DNA of 62,993 nucleotides, counting the filler, from Reticulomyxa filosa (taxonomy: Eukaryota > Protista > Foraminifera), in NCBI GenBank assembly GCA_000512085.1. It is 18 parts of 18 records of this genome, joined end to end, with 100 filler letters (N's around TTAATTAATTAA, not from the genome) between each part and the next. Parts side by side here need not be neighbours in the genome. Positions count along the whole stretch, not along the records: positions 36,968 to 38,453 come from ASPP01015078.1; positions 38,554 to 40,676 come from ASPP01010940.1; positions 40,777 to 44,909 come from ASPP01012614.1; positions 45,010 to 48,241 come from ASPP01001729.1; 14 more parts are not named here. One strand, given 5' to 3'. The number at the start of each line of letters is the position of its first letter. Within the stretch, counting starts at the first letter, position 1. Shown here one piece after another: positions 37,302-47,754 of the stretch. A program made the translations under genes and the position numbers. The notes under the pieces are model-generated. The model was given only the letters and a program-made list of their open reading frames with translations. It was not told the DNA's origin and ran no database searches.

Positions 37302-38373
37302 ATGAAGCTGGCAATCGTAATTGGCTGTCTGTGGATGGCGCCTGTCATGTCCATGAACGTCGCATTCCTGAACTACGGTAAGAAGGAGGAAGCCTACTGG
37401 CACAGTGCCAGTCGCGCCATGCAGGCGGCGGCTGCAGATCTTGGCATCAAACTGGAGGTGACTTATGCCGAGCGCAAGCAGCAGCGCATGCTGGCGGCGG
37501 CGCAGGCTTTGGCAGCCAGGCCTGCCAGCAAACGGCCCGATTACGTGATTTTTTCCAACGACTTCGCCTTGGGGCCGAGCTGCTGCCGATTCTTGACGGT
37601 GCGGGAATCAAGACTTTCATGGCTTTCAGCGGACGCGGCAGCGACCAGAATATTGGCTCGCCGCGGCAGCGTTATCGGCACTGGCTAGGTTCGCTGGACC
37701 CGGATGCAGAGCAGGCTGGCTACCTCACGACAAAAGCGCTGATCCAGCAGGCCCGGCGCGCCGACCCGATGCGGGCCGGTATGAGCTGCTGGCCATCGGT
37801 GGTGACCCGCTCACGCCATCCTCGGTACGGCGTAGCGACGGCATGCGCCGTGCTGCGAGTGAGGCCGCGGATGTCGAACTCGTCACCGAAGTCTACGCTG
37901 TCTGGGATCAGGCTCGTGCGCAGCAGCAGGCGAGCTGGCTGTTTCAGCGGCATCCGGCACCAGACATGTTATGGGCTGGCAATGACCTGATGGCCTTTGG
38001 TGCCATGCAGGCATGGGCGGAGTGTTGTCTGGCACGCGGCCAGCCGCCGTTATTCGGCGCCATCAATACTTCTGATCAAGCCTTGCAGGCGCTGGCGGGT
38101 GGCAAGTTGGCCGCATTGGCTGGCGGCCACTTCATGACTGGCGCCATTGCGCTTGTCATGCTGTATGACCATTGGCGCGGCAAGGATTTTGCCGACCTGG
38201 GGCTGGAACAGACGTTGCCGGTAATCATGCTGTTCGATGCTCGCACTGCCAGGCGCTTCATGCAGCGTTTCAAGGGCGCCGATTTTTCCAGTATCGATTT
38301 CCGCCTTTACAGCCGGGTGCTGAACCCGGCGCTAAAGCAGTATGGCTTTTCGTTCGCTCCCTTGTTGCGCTAA
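37302..38373 (+). CDS. Bacterial type-1 periplasmic sugar-binding (ABC/LacI-fold) protein; two frameshifts
   Basis: GC-rich; SD GGAGG; signal peptide. VAFLNYGK.EEAYW...AAAADLGIKLEVTYAER, RQRYRHWLGSL.PDAEQAGY, WAGNDLMAFGAM and LAGGHFMTGA are spread over three ORF-track frames. Confidence 0.85.
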
Positions 38374-38378
38374 GGGTT

Positions 38379-38453
38379 TTACTTGAGGTAGGAGCGCAAA
38401 ATGGTCAGCAACTGCGCCACCTCGGCCTCTCGCTCCGCCTGGGGCAAGTCTGG
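38379..38453 (-). CDS. C-terminus of a CsoR/RcnR/FrmR-family metal/formaldehyde-sensing repressor
   Basis: PDLPQAEREAEVAQLLTILRSYLK* matches the family ending (RcnR VLDSYIK, FrmR VRAYLK). Convergent with the binding-protein gene. Confidence 0.7.
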   Translation of the reverse strand, partial: PDLPQAEREAEVAQLLTILRSYLK

Positions 38454-38553
38454 NNNNNNNNNNNNNNNNNNNNNNNNNNNNNNNNNNNNNNNNNNNNTTA
38501 ATTAATTAANNNNNNNNNNNNNNNNNNNNNNNNNNNNNNNNNNNNNNNNNNNN

Positions 38554-38588
<35 letters not shown>

Positions 38589-38602
38589 TATGTATATCAA
38601 AG

Positions 38603-39273
38603 CTGGTGTGGTGCATGCAAAGATTATGCACCAGTTTTCGAGAAATTATCGGTGGAAACCTATTCGGTGTCTCCTTTAATTCATTTTGGAGAAGTGAATT
38701 GTGTGACCGATTTTGCCGTTTGTGATGAATATAGCATCCGAGCTTATCCAACACTTTATTTGTTAGATTGCTCTTTATCAATATATGAAATTATTATATA
38801 TGACAATGAAAGAATTATCACAACAACAACAACAAAAGATTTGCCGACGGTAAACCTTATAAGCTCTTAGATTCACACAAAGACATTAGAAAAGGGCTTG
38901 AAATACTGCAAGGACATTTGACAACCTATATGTCCAGCAAGCCCATTGATGCAGCGGATAAGTGGAAGAAAAGAATAATGCCTGATATTCCTTTGGACCA
39001 AACGGGAAAAAACTCAGATAAAGATATTGGCACAAACACCTTACACTCCTTTTTTTCCAATATTTACAAAGTTTTGTACTGGCTCCATTTACATACATAC
39101 ATCAATACGTATGTGTGTATACCATGCTTCTCAAATGTATTTATCTTGCTTTGCACTTTTTTCCATAGCAAACGCTAGGAGATACTCACATTGGCATCCC
39201 CTTTATCATTTATATTATGGGCACACTTACCGGCATTGCCATTGGAACTTGCTGTGCTTTATACAGCATTTAA
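38603..39273 (+). CDS. Thioredoxin-related transmembrane protein (TMX-like), 5'-truncated
   Basis: WCGACKDYAPVFEKL...HFGEVNCVTDFAVCDEYSIRAYPTLY; the last exon encodes the TM segment IGIPFIIYIMGTLTGIAIGTCCALYSI*. Confidence 0.8.
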
Positions 39274-39860
39274 TTACTTGCATTCATATTTGCTATTTTC
39301 CTAAATCAAAGTGTCAAAGCTTACCCAAATTTAAAAGTGTGAGGCAAAAATCACTCCTTTTTTTCAATTTAAAACTAAACTAACACAAAAGCATTGTCTT
39401 ATTACCAGAACATAAATATACACTATCAATATTGCATTATTTTATTCAATTGAATTTGTAATTTCAGTTGCTCTATCTCTTATTTTATTTTATTGTTTTA
39501 ATCAAAACAGCAACTGAAAAGGGAAAAATGAAAATATTAAAGCGACAGTATCTGTAGGATTTGCATTGTCTGAAACTTTGCAACAATCCTTCACATTTTT
39601 GTAATAAACATCAAAAGCGATTTGAAATGCAAAAAAATATTGCATTTATTTGAAAAAATAGTACATTACGTCTTTATAATACAAACTCTTTTTGATTTGC
39701 GTCTGTTTGAGATGGTTGTAGTCGCTTCATCAATTCCAACTTCTGCTTTACTGTTGTATGATTAAAAATTAACCTTCCAATTTGAAAAAAAGTATTTTTT
39801 TCCCCTTTATTTGCAATACAAATAAATTTAATAAAAGAAGTGTTAAAAAATTTGTTTATT

Positions 39861-40676
39861 ATGGACCCAACCATAACAAGTCAAATGACTCATTTTAGTA
39901 AAAATCCATATAGAACAACAAATATGTCAGGAGGGACAACGTCGCGCACCGAAATCATGCAGTTGTCTCCGCATATAGTTGATAGTCATATTGTAGATGA
40001 AGAGAATGGTTACAATTCAAATCTTCAATACAGTATACCGAGCCATGAGAATAATGTTCAAATATCCGCACAACTCTATTCATTTTTTTACACCACAATG
40101 CCATTTATAACGAAACAGGTTGATTTGAAGAATACGTGTTTTTTTTTGTTTTGTATTAGGAAAGCGAGGAGGAAGAGGGAGGGGGGGGGGGATTATCCAA
40201 ATAAGTTCACAATGTGAATAAGTGAACTAAGGTTTTTTTTTTTTCATTAAAAAAAAAAACCCCTTTCCTCTTTTTTTTGGGACCCCATTTTATTTTATTT
40301 TTCCTCTTTCTCCTCTCCTCCTTCCCAGAGCTTACAAGCAGAAGTAAGTGAGTATATAAGCCGCTTGCGATTGCGAAACAGTAACGGATATGAGGTGTAC
40401 ACGTACGAAGAGATAAGCGAAGGCAAAAACAAGAAGGAAGAGAAAAACGGAAGGAACGCACGATCGAAAGAGATGACAGGAGAGCAATTGTTGACATTGG
40501 ATTTAAATGGTTTGCGTGACAACCATTTCTTGAAAATCATTTCGCAAGGGGATAAACCCGATACATACGCAAAAACGGAAGCATTGTTGAATCATATCCT
40601 GCACTTGCAAGAATGGAATCGTATTTATTTTTTTTATCCCACCCAAAATACGCATGTAATATTTTTTTTTTTTTTT
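39861..40676 (+). CDS. Uncharacterised protein, 5' exons
   Basis: MDPTITSQ...FITKQ|SLQAEVSEYISRLRLRNSNG...LLNHILHLQEWN with plausible GT-AG boundaries; no family recognised. Confidence 0.45.
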
Positions 40677-40776
40677 NNNNNNNNNNNNNNNNNNNNNNNN
40701 NNNNNNNNNNNNNNNNNNNNTTAATTAATTAANNNNNNNNNNNNNNNNNNNNNNNNNNNNNNNNNNNNNNNNNNNN

Positions 40777-40813
<37 letters not shown>

Positions 40814-41760
40814 AATACAAACTTGGGATATCAATGTTGGAAGTAGCCTTGAATGACATCGACCGTGGAGTGGTGAAACGGCAATGGAAACAAGAAATTG
40901 ACGAATACCGGCATCGCATGCACCGCTGCACGTTTGAAATCGACAATTTGGTTCGCAACAAACTCTTGATTCAACAAGAGGCCAAACGCCGAAAGGAAGC
41001 GAAAGAGCAAATGCTCGAAGACGATAAAAAGGCAAAGAAACGGTTGGACGCTGCCGTCGCCACTGCCGTTGACACCAATACACTCAAGGGCCCCAATGAC
41101 AGCACGTTGCACGATGTTCATGTCGATAGTGATCCAGAAAAATCCGTGGCAGAAGAATGGAAAGAACAAAATAAGGAATTGAGTTATATGGATAACAAAA
41201 CCAATGATAGTCTATCTTCAAAATCAAAGTTCAATCTTGCAACATACATAAAAAATAAATCTATACACATTTATATGTACATATATGAGGATATATACAA
41301 TGTGTATGTATATTGTGATTATTGTACTGTACCTCCTCACTCTCTTTCTCTCCTCTCCAAAGGATTGTCAACACAAATGAAAGAAGAGGATCAAAAAAAT
41401 TAACAAAAGACGGTGATGTGGATAATAAGCCCAAGCCCCAAGGTGATGAAGTGAACAGCAAAGGCAAGCAGAAGGGCAAAGAGGTCGATAAACACGACAA
41501 AGCGCTGATGGATAAACTGTCTGACGACATGATTGTTGACAAGCCTAATGTATTTTTTCGAGAAGTTATCGGCTTGGAAATGGTCAAATTAGCTTTGTAT
41601 GAAAATATCATATTACCACAACAAAGGCCAGATTTATTTGCCTCTGTTCGCAAGCCTTGCACTGGTCTATTGTTATTTGGTCCACCTGGCAATGGCAAGA
41701 CTATGATTGCCAAATGCGGTTATGTTTTGTTTTTTTATATTTATATAAATGCATATATGC

Positions 41761-41796
<36 letters not shown>

Positions 41797-42929
41797 GTGT
41801 TTATTCATCTATTACACAGTGGCAAGTGAGATCAATTGTACCTTTTTTTCTATATCGGCATCTTCGATTACATCCAAATTTGTTGGTGAAGCCGAACGCA
41901 CCATGAGGCACTTGTTTAGGATGGCACGTGAACGTGCGCCTGCCATTATTTTCATCGATGAAATTGACTCCTTGCTTACCACACGTGGAGGCTCTAATGA
42001 AGGGGAAGCCTCCAGACGAGTGAAAACAGAGTTTTTGGGCAATTTGGTTATGTACATACCCATACATATGTATATACAATTTTTTTAAAAAAAAATTGAA
42101 TTTGTGTTTGTATATTCTTTTCCAAAAAAAAATAAAAGACGGAGTGCTGGGCTCCAAAGAAGCAGAAGCTTCAATAACGGTAATTGGAGCTACGAATTTA
42201 CCCGATCAATTAGACGAAGCAGTACTGAGAAGGTTTCCAAAGCGTATAATGGTTCCAAATCCTGATCGATCTGCTCGATATGCGTTACTTCGTTTAATGA
42301 CAAGAAAACAGGACCATGCACTGATTGAAGAAAATTTTCAATATTTAGCAGAAGCCACTGAAAATTACAGCGGAAGCGATTTAACAATGTTATGCAACGA
42401 TGCGCTAATGGGACCCCTACGCGAAGCAATGGCCAGCAAAGATTTGACAAAAGCATCCAAATCCGAGATTCCCAAACTCTCTTTTCGACACTTTCAATTG
42501 TCATTAAATAATGTTCGTGCCAGTGTGCCACCCCAAAGCCTGCGTCACTATTTGGACTGGGATAAGCAGTTTGGTAGCTCATTACTTTTGACAGTAGATG
42601 TATTACCCGACAGCATGCGATCGTTACCTTTCATCAGTGTCCAAGAAGAGAGAACATTGTATTATCAACAACACTCTTTACAAGAAGAAGAAAAACAAAA
42701 AGAAACTGCAACACTGTCACCTGGGGACAGTATTACGTTAGAAGAAACTGTGCAGACGATGAGGTCTACAGCTTCAACCAATGATGATTCCTCTGTTACT
42801 AAAGAAGGTGAACCTGATTCGTCTGTTACTGGACATACCAAGACAAGATCCAGTGTCACACCTTCTACAAAATCCGCAAAACGAAGCTCCACTGGCTCGT
42901 CCAAAATTGCGTCGTCGAAAAAGTCATAG
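40777..42929 (+). CDS. SPAST: Spastin-like microtubule-severing AAA ATPase (MIT-like N-terminus), multi-exon, 5'-truncated
   Basis: [17 protein letters not shown] (the GPPGNGKT variant is typical of spastin), [64 protein letters not shown] and YSGSDL. Confidence 0.88.
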
Positions 42930-43657
42930 CTTTTTTTTCTTATTGCAACTTGTCTTTTGCTTTTAGTTGCGTTACACATTCTTGTGTTGCTTGTGTCAAA
43001 TGTTGATTCTTGTTTATCTCTAATTTTATTTCGCAATTTTGTGATACTTTCTATTTTACTCAACATCATTCCGCAAGGCAGGGGAGAAATATTTATTCAG
43101 AAATTGATATGACAAAAAAACAGAGCGGATATGGATTGACAATACAATGCTTTTTTAAGCAATTTTCTACAAAGTTCATTTTTTTGCAAAAATCTGTCAA
43201 ACAGATTTTGTATTACAGTTAGCTAAAGAACCCACTGGCAATGTACTTTCGACAAATCGAGATAAAAGAACAATTTTTGTAAGTCTTCAACAATTGAGAC
43301 GACATTGCAAAAAAATATATCACTGAAAGTCTTCTGTAGGTTAACAAATGGCAACAATTAAGGGGAAAAAAGAGTTATATGAACACATTGATCTAACACT
43401 GAAAAAACTATCAAAAATGTAAAAGCAACATTCACCTTACAATTTGTTCTTTGCAAATGTAAGATTTTCGGGCTGCTCTTGTCAAAGGGGATAAATAAAA
43501 AAAAGCAGGGCTCAACATTGAATGATCGTACAGACATGATTTTTCCCTCCTTTTTCGTCTCCCTTTAACAAAATTCACTACACAACTACTAACATTTCAT
43601 ATATTTATATGCTTTTTTTTGTGGTCTGGCCACTTTTTTTTTTATTTCACGTGAGTA

Positions 43658-44909
43658 TTAACTGATTTTATCTTTTTCATCTAAATCTTGTTTTGTCAAA
43701 ACACAATAACCAAGTGTTGGTATCCCAACATCTCCCAACCGATGCGGTTTCTTGCTGAGTTGTATCTCTTTATACTCATCACATGCATCCAAAAATTCAT
43801 GAAATGCAGGTGTGACATAATGTCGATATTGCACTGATGTAGCATCCCGATGGTTATTTAAATTTATTACCTCAACAGCTAATGCCGTCATAATATCACT
43901 ATATCAAATCAAAAGATAAAACTAAAATAATTATTGCTATAGAAAAAAATTATGCATATATTCCTTAAAAAACCTAACTTGTCAGTATCTAATCGTTGTT
44001 GCATACTCATATCAGTATATTTCCAAACAACTTTTTCATCTTTTTTGTTGTTTCCTTCCTTTATACGTTTTTTTTCTTTTTTTCGGAACAGGGAATTTGG
44101 ATATAATCATTGGATATGAAGGGGTGCTGGAAAGGCTGTTTTTGTTTATTTGTTATTCGTTGTTGAGTTTTTCCTCTTCAAAAAAAAAAAAGATTGTTTT
44201 TACCTTTTTTGGAACAATTTGATAAATATGATTGAAAATAATTTTGAGTTTCTTTGCGTTTTCAACGATTTCCGGTTTGTTTTGTTTTGGAGTTTGGGAC
44301 AGGTCCTCTTCGTCATAAAAACCAACACGATTTGTCGTGTACAAAATAACCCAGTGGAAATATTTACGTACAACCGGATTCCAATGGCAAAATAACGAAC
44401 GAAAGTTTTCTTTGATTAAAATGTCTATGTTTCATAGTTTTCATACAAATTTTATGTTTTTGTGTTTTTCTTTTCTTTGTCTCAATCTCTTTCCTTTTAA
44501 ATCTTTACCTCGGATGACACTAAGCCTCAATCCGTCTTGAAACAGATGTGCATGATGCAAAATGAAAGTAAGCAGCACACAAACGACTTGATAGTCATCC
44601 TGATGTAAAATTTTGTGGGTCGCTTCAATGAATACTTCGTGACACCACGAGTCTGGCAACAAGCCATTCAAAGGTTCAAATTTGTCTTGTTGCAGTATTC
44701 CGATCCATTTCCGAATGGTATCGAAGCACAGCTGCACTTGCTCGGGATGCAGAGCATCAGTGTTGCACAGCAAGGCAGAGCAAAATATCCCCAATTGGTT
44801 CGCTGTCCGAGGAGTGTGTTCAAGGAATTGCGTTACCACTTGGATAAAGCTTTTTGATATTTCGTTTCCCAATTTGGGCCACTTTGTTTTGGAACATTAA
44901 AAAAAAAAA
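43658..44909 (-). CDS. DUF1765-like alpha-solenoid protein, multi-exon, 5'-truncated
   Basis: ILHQDDYQVVCVLLTFILHHAHLF...ENFRSLFCHWNPVVRKYFHWVILY resembles the DUF1765 F.HW.P.VR.YF..LL motif. Confidence 0.62.
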
Positions 44910-45053
44910 NNNNNNNNNNNNNNNNNNNNNNNNNNNNNNNNNNNNNNNNNNNNTTAATTAATTAANNNNNNNNNNNNNNNNNNNNNNNNNNNNNNNNNNN
45001 NNNNNNNNNACTTTTAAGCATGTCTTTCTACCCGTTTATCCATAACTGACGTT

Positions 45054-45175
45054 AAGGTAGCAAAAAGACGTTGTTATGGCTTCTTTAAAACTGAGTCGTT
45101 ATTCCAAAGATTGGTGTTGGATTTACAAGGGTATACTTGGTTTGCTGCTTGACCAACAAGAAACGCAGAAGAGCC
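45054..45175 (+). mobile_element. 3' end of an ISL3-family IS: transposase C-terminus and right inverted repeat
   Basis: KVAKRRCYGFFKTESLFQRLVLDLQGYTWFAA* (TGA 45150-45152) matches the ISL3 K..KRR.YGF C-terminal motif. The IR accaacaagaaacgcagaagagcc (45152-45175) reads GGCTCTTC from the outer end, as ISL3-family ends such as IS1096 do. Confidence 0.8.
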
Positions 45176-45195
45176 CACAGTATCAACAAAGCCTA

Positions 45196-46686
45196 TCAAT
45201 AAAGCCGCGAAAGAGGCCATAATCCTTTTTCTTTACCATTTTTGATAAGTTTTGGGTTATGTAATAATTCTACCCTACAATCATTGCTTTTGTTATTATT
45301 ATGCATTTCTCCAACAAAATATCTTTTTTCTTTAATAAAAACTATTGCATGTATTCTTTCTTGTATATATTTACTACGCGGATCAGGGTGATCCTCATTA
45401 AACACCCCTTTTATTCCATTGCTTTTGCCGTTTTTATTAACAAAATATTGCCGGTAAGCTTCGTCAACCTGTTCATTGCCCCAAGCAATTAGTTTGTAAT
45501 CTTCCGTGTCAGATATTCCTGAATTGAAACTACGTATATCTACTACTATGATATTATAACAATTTGTAGCAGGCTCTGGAAATTTAATCAGATTTCCATT
45601 TTTATCACATATTTTACCAAATATTGCATTTTGTGCTTTAATTACATCCCTTACTTCAGGTGAATTTTTATCGAGGTAAGAACTTGATAAATATTTAATA
45701 AAACAACCATATTGATAAGTATTTTCTTTTACAGCATCACTAGTGCTTAAGCTAGTAAGCTCAAATAACCATTTTTTTTGTTTGTCATGATTAAATGCAT
45801 AAAAATCTATTGAACTATTGGCTTGTCCCGCTTTATATTCATATTGTGCTGCTAAACCAGCTTTATGAATAGCAAATGCAAATCTAAGTTCAAATAATGC
45901 TGCTTTTGCTTCTCTAATATCATATGTATCTGACTGTATATCGGTTTCTAAAGCTTTTTTAATCTTATTGTCATTAAGTATAGCTTTCGCCCAAGTAACT
46001 TCTTTTAATTCTTTAGCTGCTTCCTGACTAAACATATATTCATCTGTTGTTAGTATATTTGTATAACATTTACTCATAATTCTTTCCTCTGTTTTATAGT
46101 GCAATTTATTAGCATACTTTTTGATGTAGTATTGCGCCACATAAGGAAAAAGATAAAAAATCTCCAGTAGCTTTAAAACTTCACTACCACTTGTATGGCC
46201 ATTCTCAATACGCACTATTGTAGCTTGAGTAATTCCAAAACATTCAGCGAAGTCTCTAGTTGTTAACCCTAGTTCTTGCCTAAAGCTCTTTAAATCTTGT
46301 GCAGTAAAAGCATTATATTCTGGCTCAAATATAAAAGATGATGGCCCTTTCCTTCCTATTGTAGCTAATAAAATCAACTGATTCTCTTCGTCAACATCAA
46401 TATTAAATTCAGCACAATAATCAGCATAAGCCGGATTATGTTTAGAAGGTATTCTGTCTACAAACGAAGGAAATAGCTCATCAGACTCAAAATAAAGCTT
46501 AGTTAAAGGTAACTCCGGCCCGATGGGCAAAGCTTTTTTAAACTCTAAATATCTTTTATCGTAAGAGAGGCTATATTTCTTATTTTTATACTCAAGTTTA
46601 CCTACAAATTCTCTTGTAGTTTTGAGCTCTAAATAAACTAAAATCGCTTTAATTTTATCATATTTGGGGAGTATATTAAATGGCAT
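45196..46686 (-). CDS. HipA N-terminal (HipS-like) domain + XRE HTH + putative PD-(D/E)xK nuclease-like domain fusion protein
   Basis: aa ~12-123: VGKLEYK..YSLSYD..Y.....PIGPELPL...FESDELFPSFVDRIP...LILLATIG (HipA_N). aa ~128-178: LKSFRQELGLTTRDFAECFGITQATIVRIENG (XRE HTH). C-terminal half has E266...D294...E309-L-T in a restriction-fold-like arrangement (inference). SD GGAG; overlaps the upstream gene by 11 bp. Confidence 0.85.
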   Translation of the reverse strand: MPFNILPKYDKIKAILVYLELKTTREFVGKLEYKNKKYSLSYDKRYLEFKKALPIGPELPLTKLYFESDELFPSFVDRIPSKHNPAYADYCAEFNIDVDEENQLILLATIGRKGPSSFIFEPEYNAFTAQDLKSFRQELGLTTRDFAECFGITQATIVRIENGHTSGSEVLKLLEIFYLFPYVAQYYIKKYANKLHYKTEERIMSKCYTNILTTDEYMFSQEAAKELKEVTWAKAILNDNKIKKALETDIQSDTYDIREAKAALFELRFAFAIHKAGLAAQYEYKAGQANSSIDFYAFNHDKQKKWLFELTSLSTSDAVKENTYQYGCFIKYLSSSYLDKNSPEVRDVIKAQNAIFGKICDKNGNLIKFPEPATNCYNIIVVDIRSFNSGISDTEDYKLIAWGNEQVDEAYRQYFVNKNGKSNGIKGVFNEDHPDPRSKYIQERIHAIVFIKEKRYFVGEMHNNNKSNDCRVELLHNPKLIKNGKEKGLWPLSRLY

Positions 46687-47605
46687 TTTCTATCTCCATA
46701 TATCTTTTTTTTATTAAATTAATAAAAGCTTGCTTGCGCTTTCGAGATATAAAAGATTCTTCAATAAGATTATTTATTTTCTCTAAGTTTGTTGTTTTTA
46801 AAAATTCTTGAACTTCTGCCTTATAGCTTAAACGAATAAATTCATTTATATAATCAGTTATACTTGGTTCTTTAGTTGTAGAAGTATATATTTTCCCCTT
46901 AGGATTAAGATCCGTTCCAAGAAAATCCTCATCCGCAATAGCTAAATATGAAGGGTTATCATAACAGGGAGATAATCTGTAATTTGATGCAGATTGAATA
47001 AATCCAATATTCCTGCCATGCCTATCGTGATTACCTATAAGGGCATCAAAAAGGCATAATTTAATGAATTTAATCATTTCAGCATATCTTCCTGTTCTCT
47101 CTTCTATAATTTTAAGAAGGTTTGCAACATTAAATTCTTCATCCTTCTTAATAAAATGATAAATGTGAACCAAATTACAACCTATATAATCTTGCATAAA
47201 GTTATAAGTCACAAAGCAATCATTTTTTTCCGGATATTTTATTAAATAGTATTGCGCTATGTCTAAATTTAAACATTCTGCAATCTGATTACAAAGATAC
47301 TCAGACTTAGGCAACTCATCATACTCATTTGTACGAGTTTTAAGTATATATTCTCTATCGTAAACGCGACCAGAATATTTTTTAAAAGTCCCCTGAAAAA
47401 AGCTAGAATTTATATTTGATTCCGAGGATCTAATTTGCAGGTTAGATTCTCTAGGGATTATGTTACTAAACTCTTCAGTATTACTGTTTATTTTGAGATT
47501 ATTATATTTTAGATCAAACCAGATTTTATAACACTCTTCATGTAAGCCATGTTTAGTAACATGGTCAATTATAAGTTGATTGCATTTATAGCATATTTCC
47601 TGCAT
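46676..47605 (-). CDS. HipA/HipT-family Ser/Thr kinase lacking the HipA_N subdomain
   Basis: Gly-loop SSFFQGTFKKY, YILK, SEYLCNQIAECLNL, catalytic LFDALIGNHD194RHGRN and YRLSPCYD216. N-terminal CxxC...HxxC. SD AGAGGGGG before the ATG. Confidence 0.92.
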   Translation of the reverse strand: MQEICYKCNQLIIDHVTKHGLHEECYKIWFDLKYNNLKINSNTEEFSNIIPRESNLQIRSSESNINSSFFQGTFKKYSGRVYDREYILKTRTNEYDELPKSEYLCNQIAECLNLDIAQYYLIKYPEKNDCFVTYNFMQDYIGCNLVHIYHFIKKDEEFNVANLLKIIEERTGRYAEMIKFIKLCLFDALIGNHDRHGRNIGFIQSASNYRLSPCYDNPSYLAIADEDFLGTDLNPKGKIYTSTTKEPSITDYINEFIRLSYKAEVQEFLKTTNLEKINNLIEESFISRKRKQAFINLIKKRYMEIENAI

Positions 47606-47632
47606 AACCCCCTCTTAATCAAGATTGTATTC

Positions 47633-47696
47633 ATATTGACAATAATAACATATTAAAATGCGATGTCAATATATATCAAAATAATTATGATATATA
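47633..47696 (-). promoter_or_regulatory. Sigma70-type promoter for the kinase operon overlapped by two inverted repeats (candidate operators)
   Basis: Minus strand TTGACA (47669-47664), 16 bp, TATTAT preceded by TGn (extended -10). IR1 ATATTGACA (47633-47641)/TGTCAATAT (47664-47672). IR2 TATATATCA (47670-47678)-N9-TGATATATA (47688-47696). Confidence 0.7.
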
Positions 47697-47754
47697 ACTA
47701 TATTAATATTATAAATATAATACGTTTAGTGACTTTGTTCGGGAGGTAAGATTA

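Noticed and set aside
37560-37850. Programmed frameshifting in the periplasmic binding protein gene
   Set aside because: No slippery heptamer is evident, and similar indels occur across unrelated contigs, consistent with sequencing error.
41755-41800. (ATATGT)n and (TA)n/(TG)n microsatellites as telomeric or functional arrays
   Set aside because: They are short and intronic, and similar tracts are common throughout the host introns.
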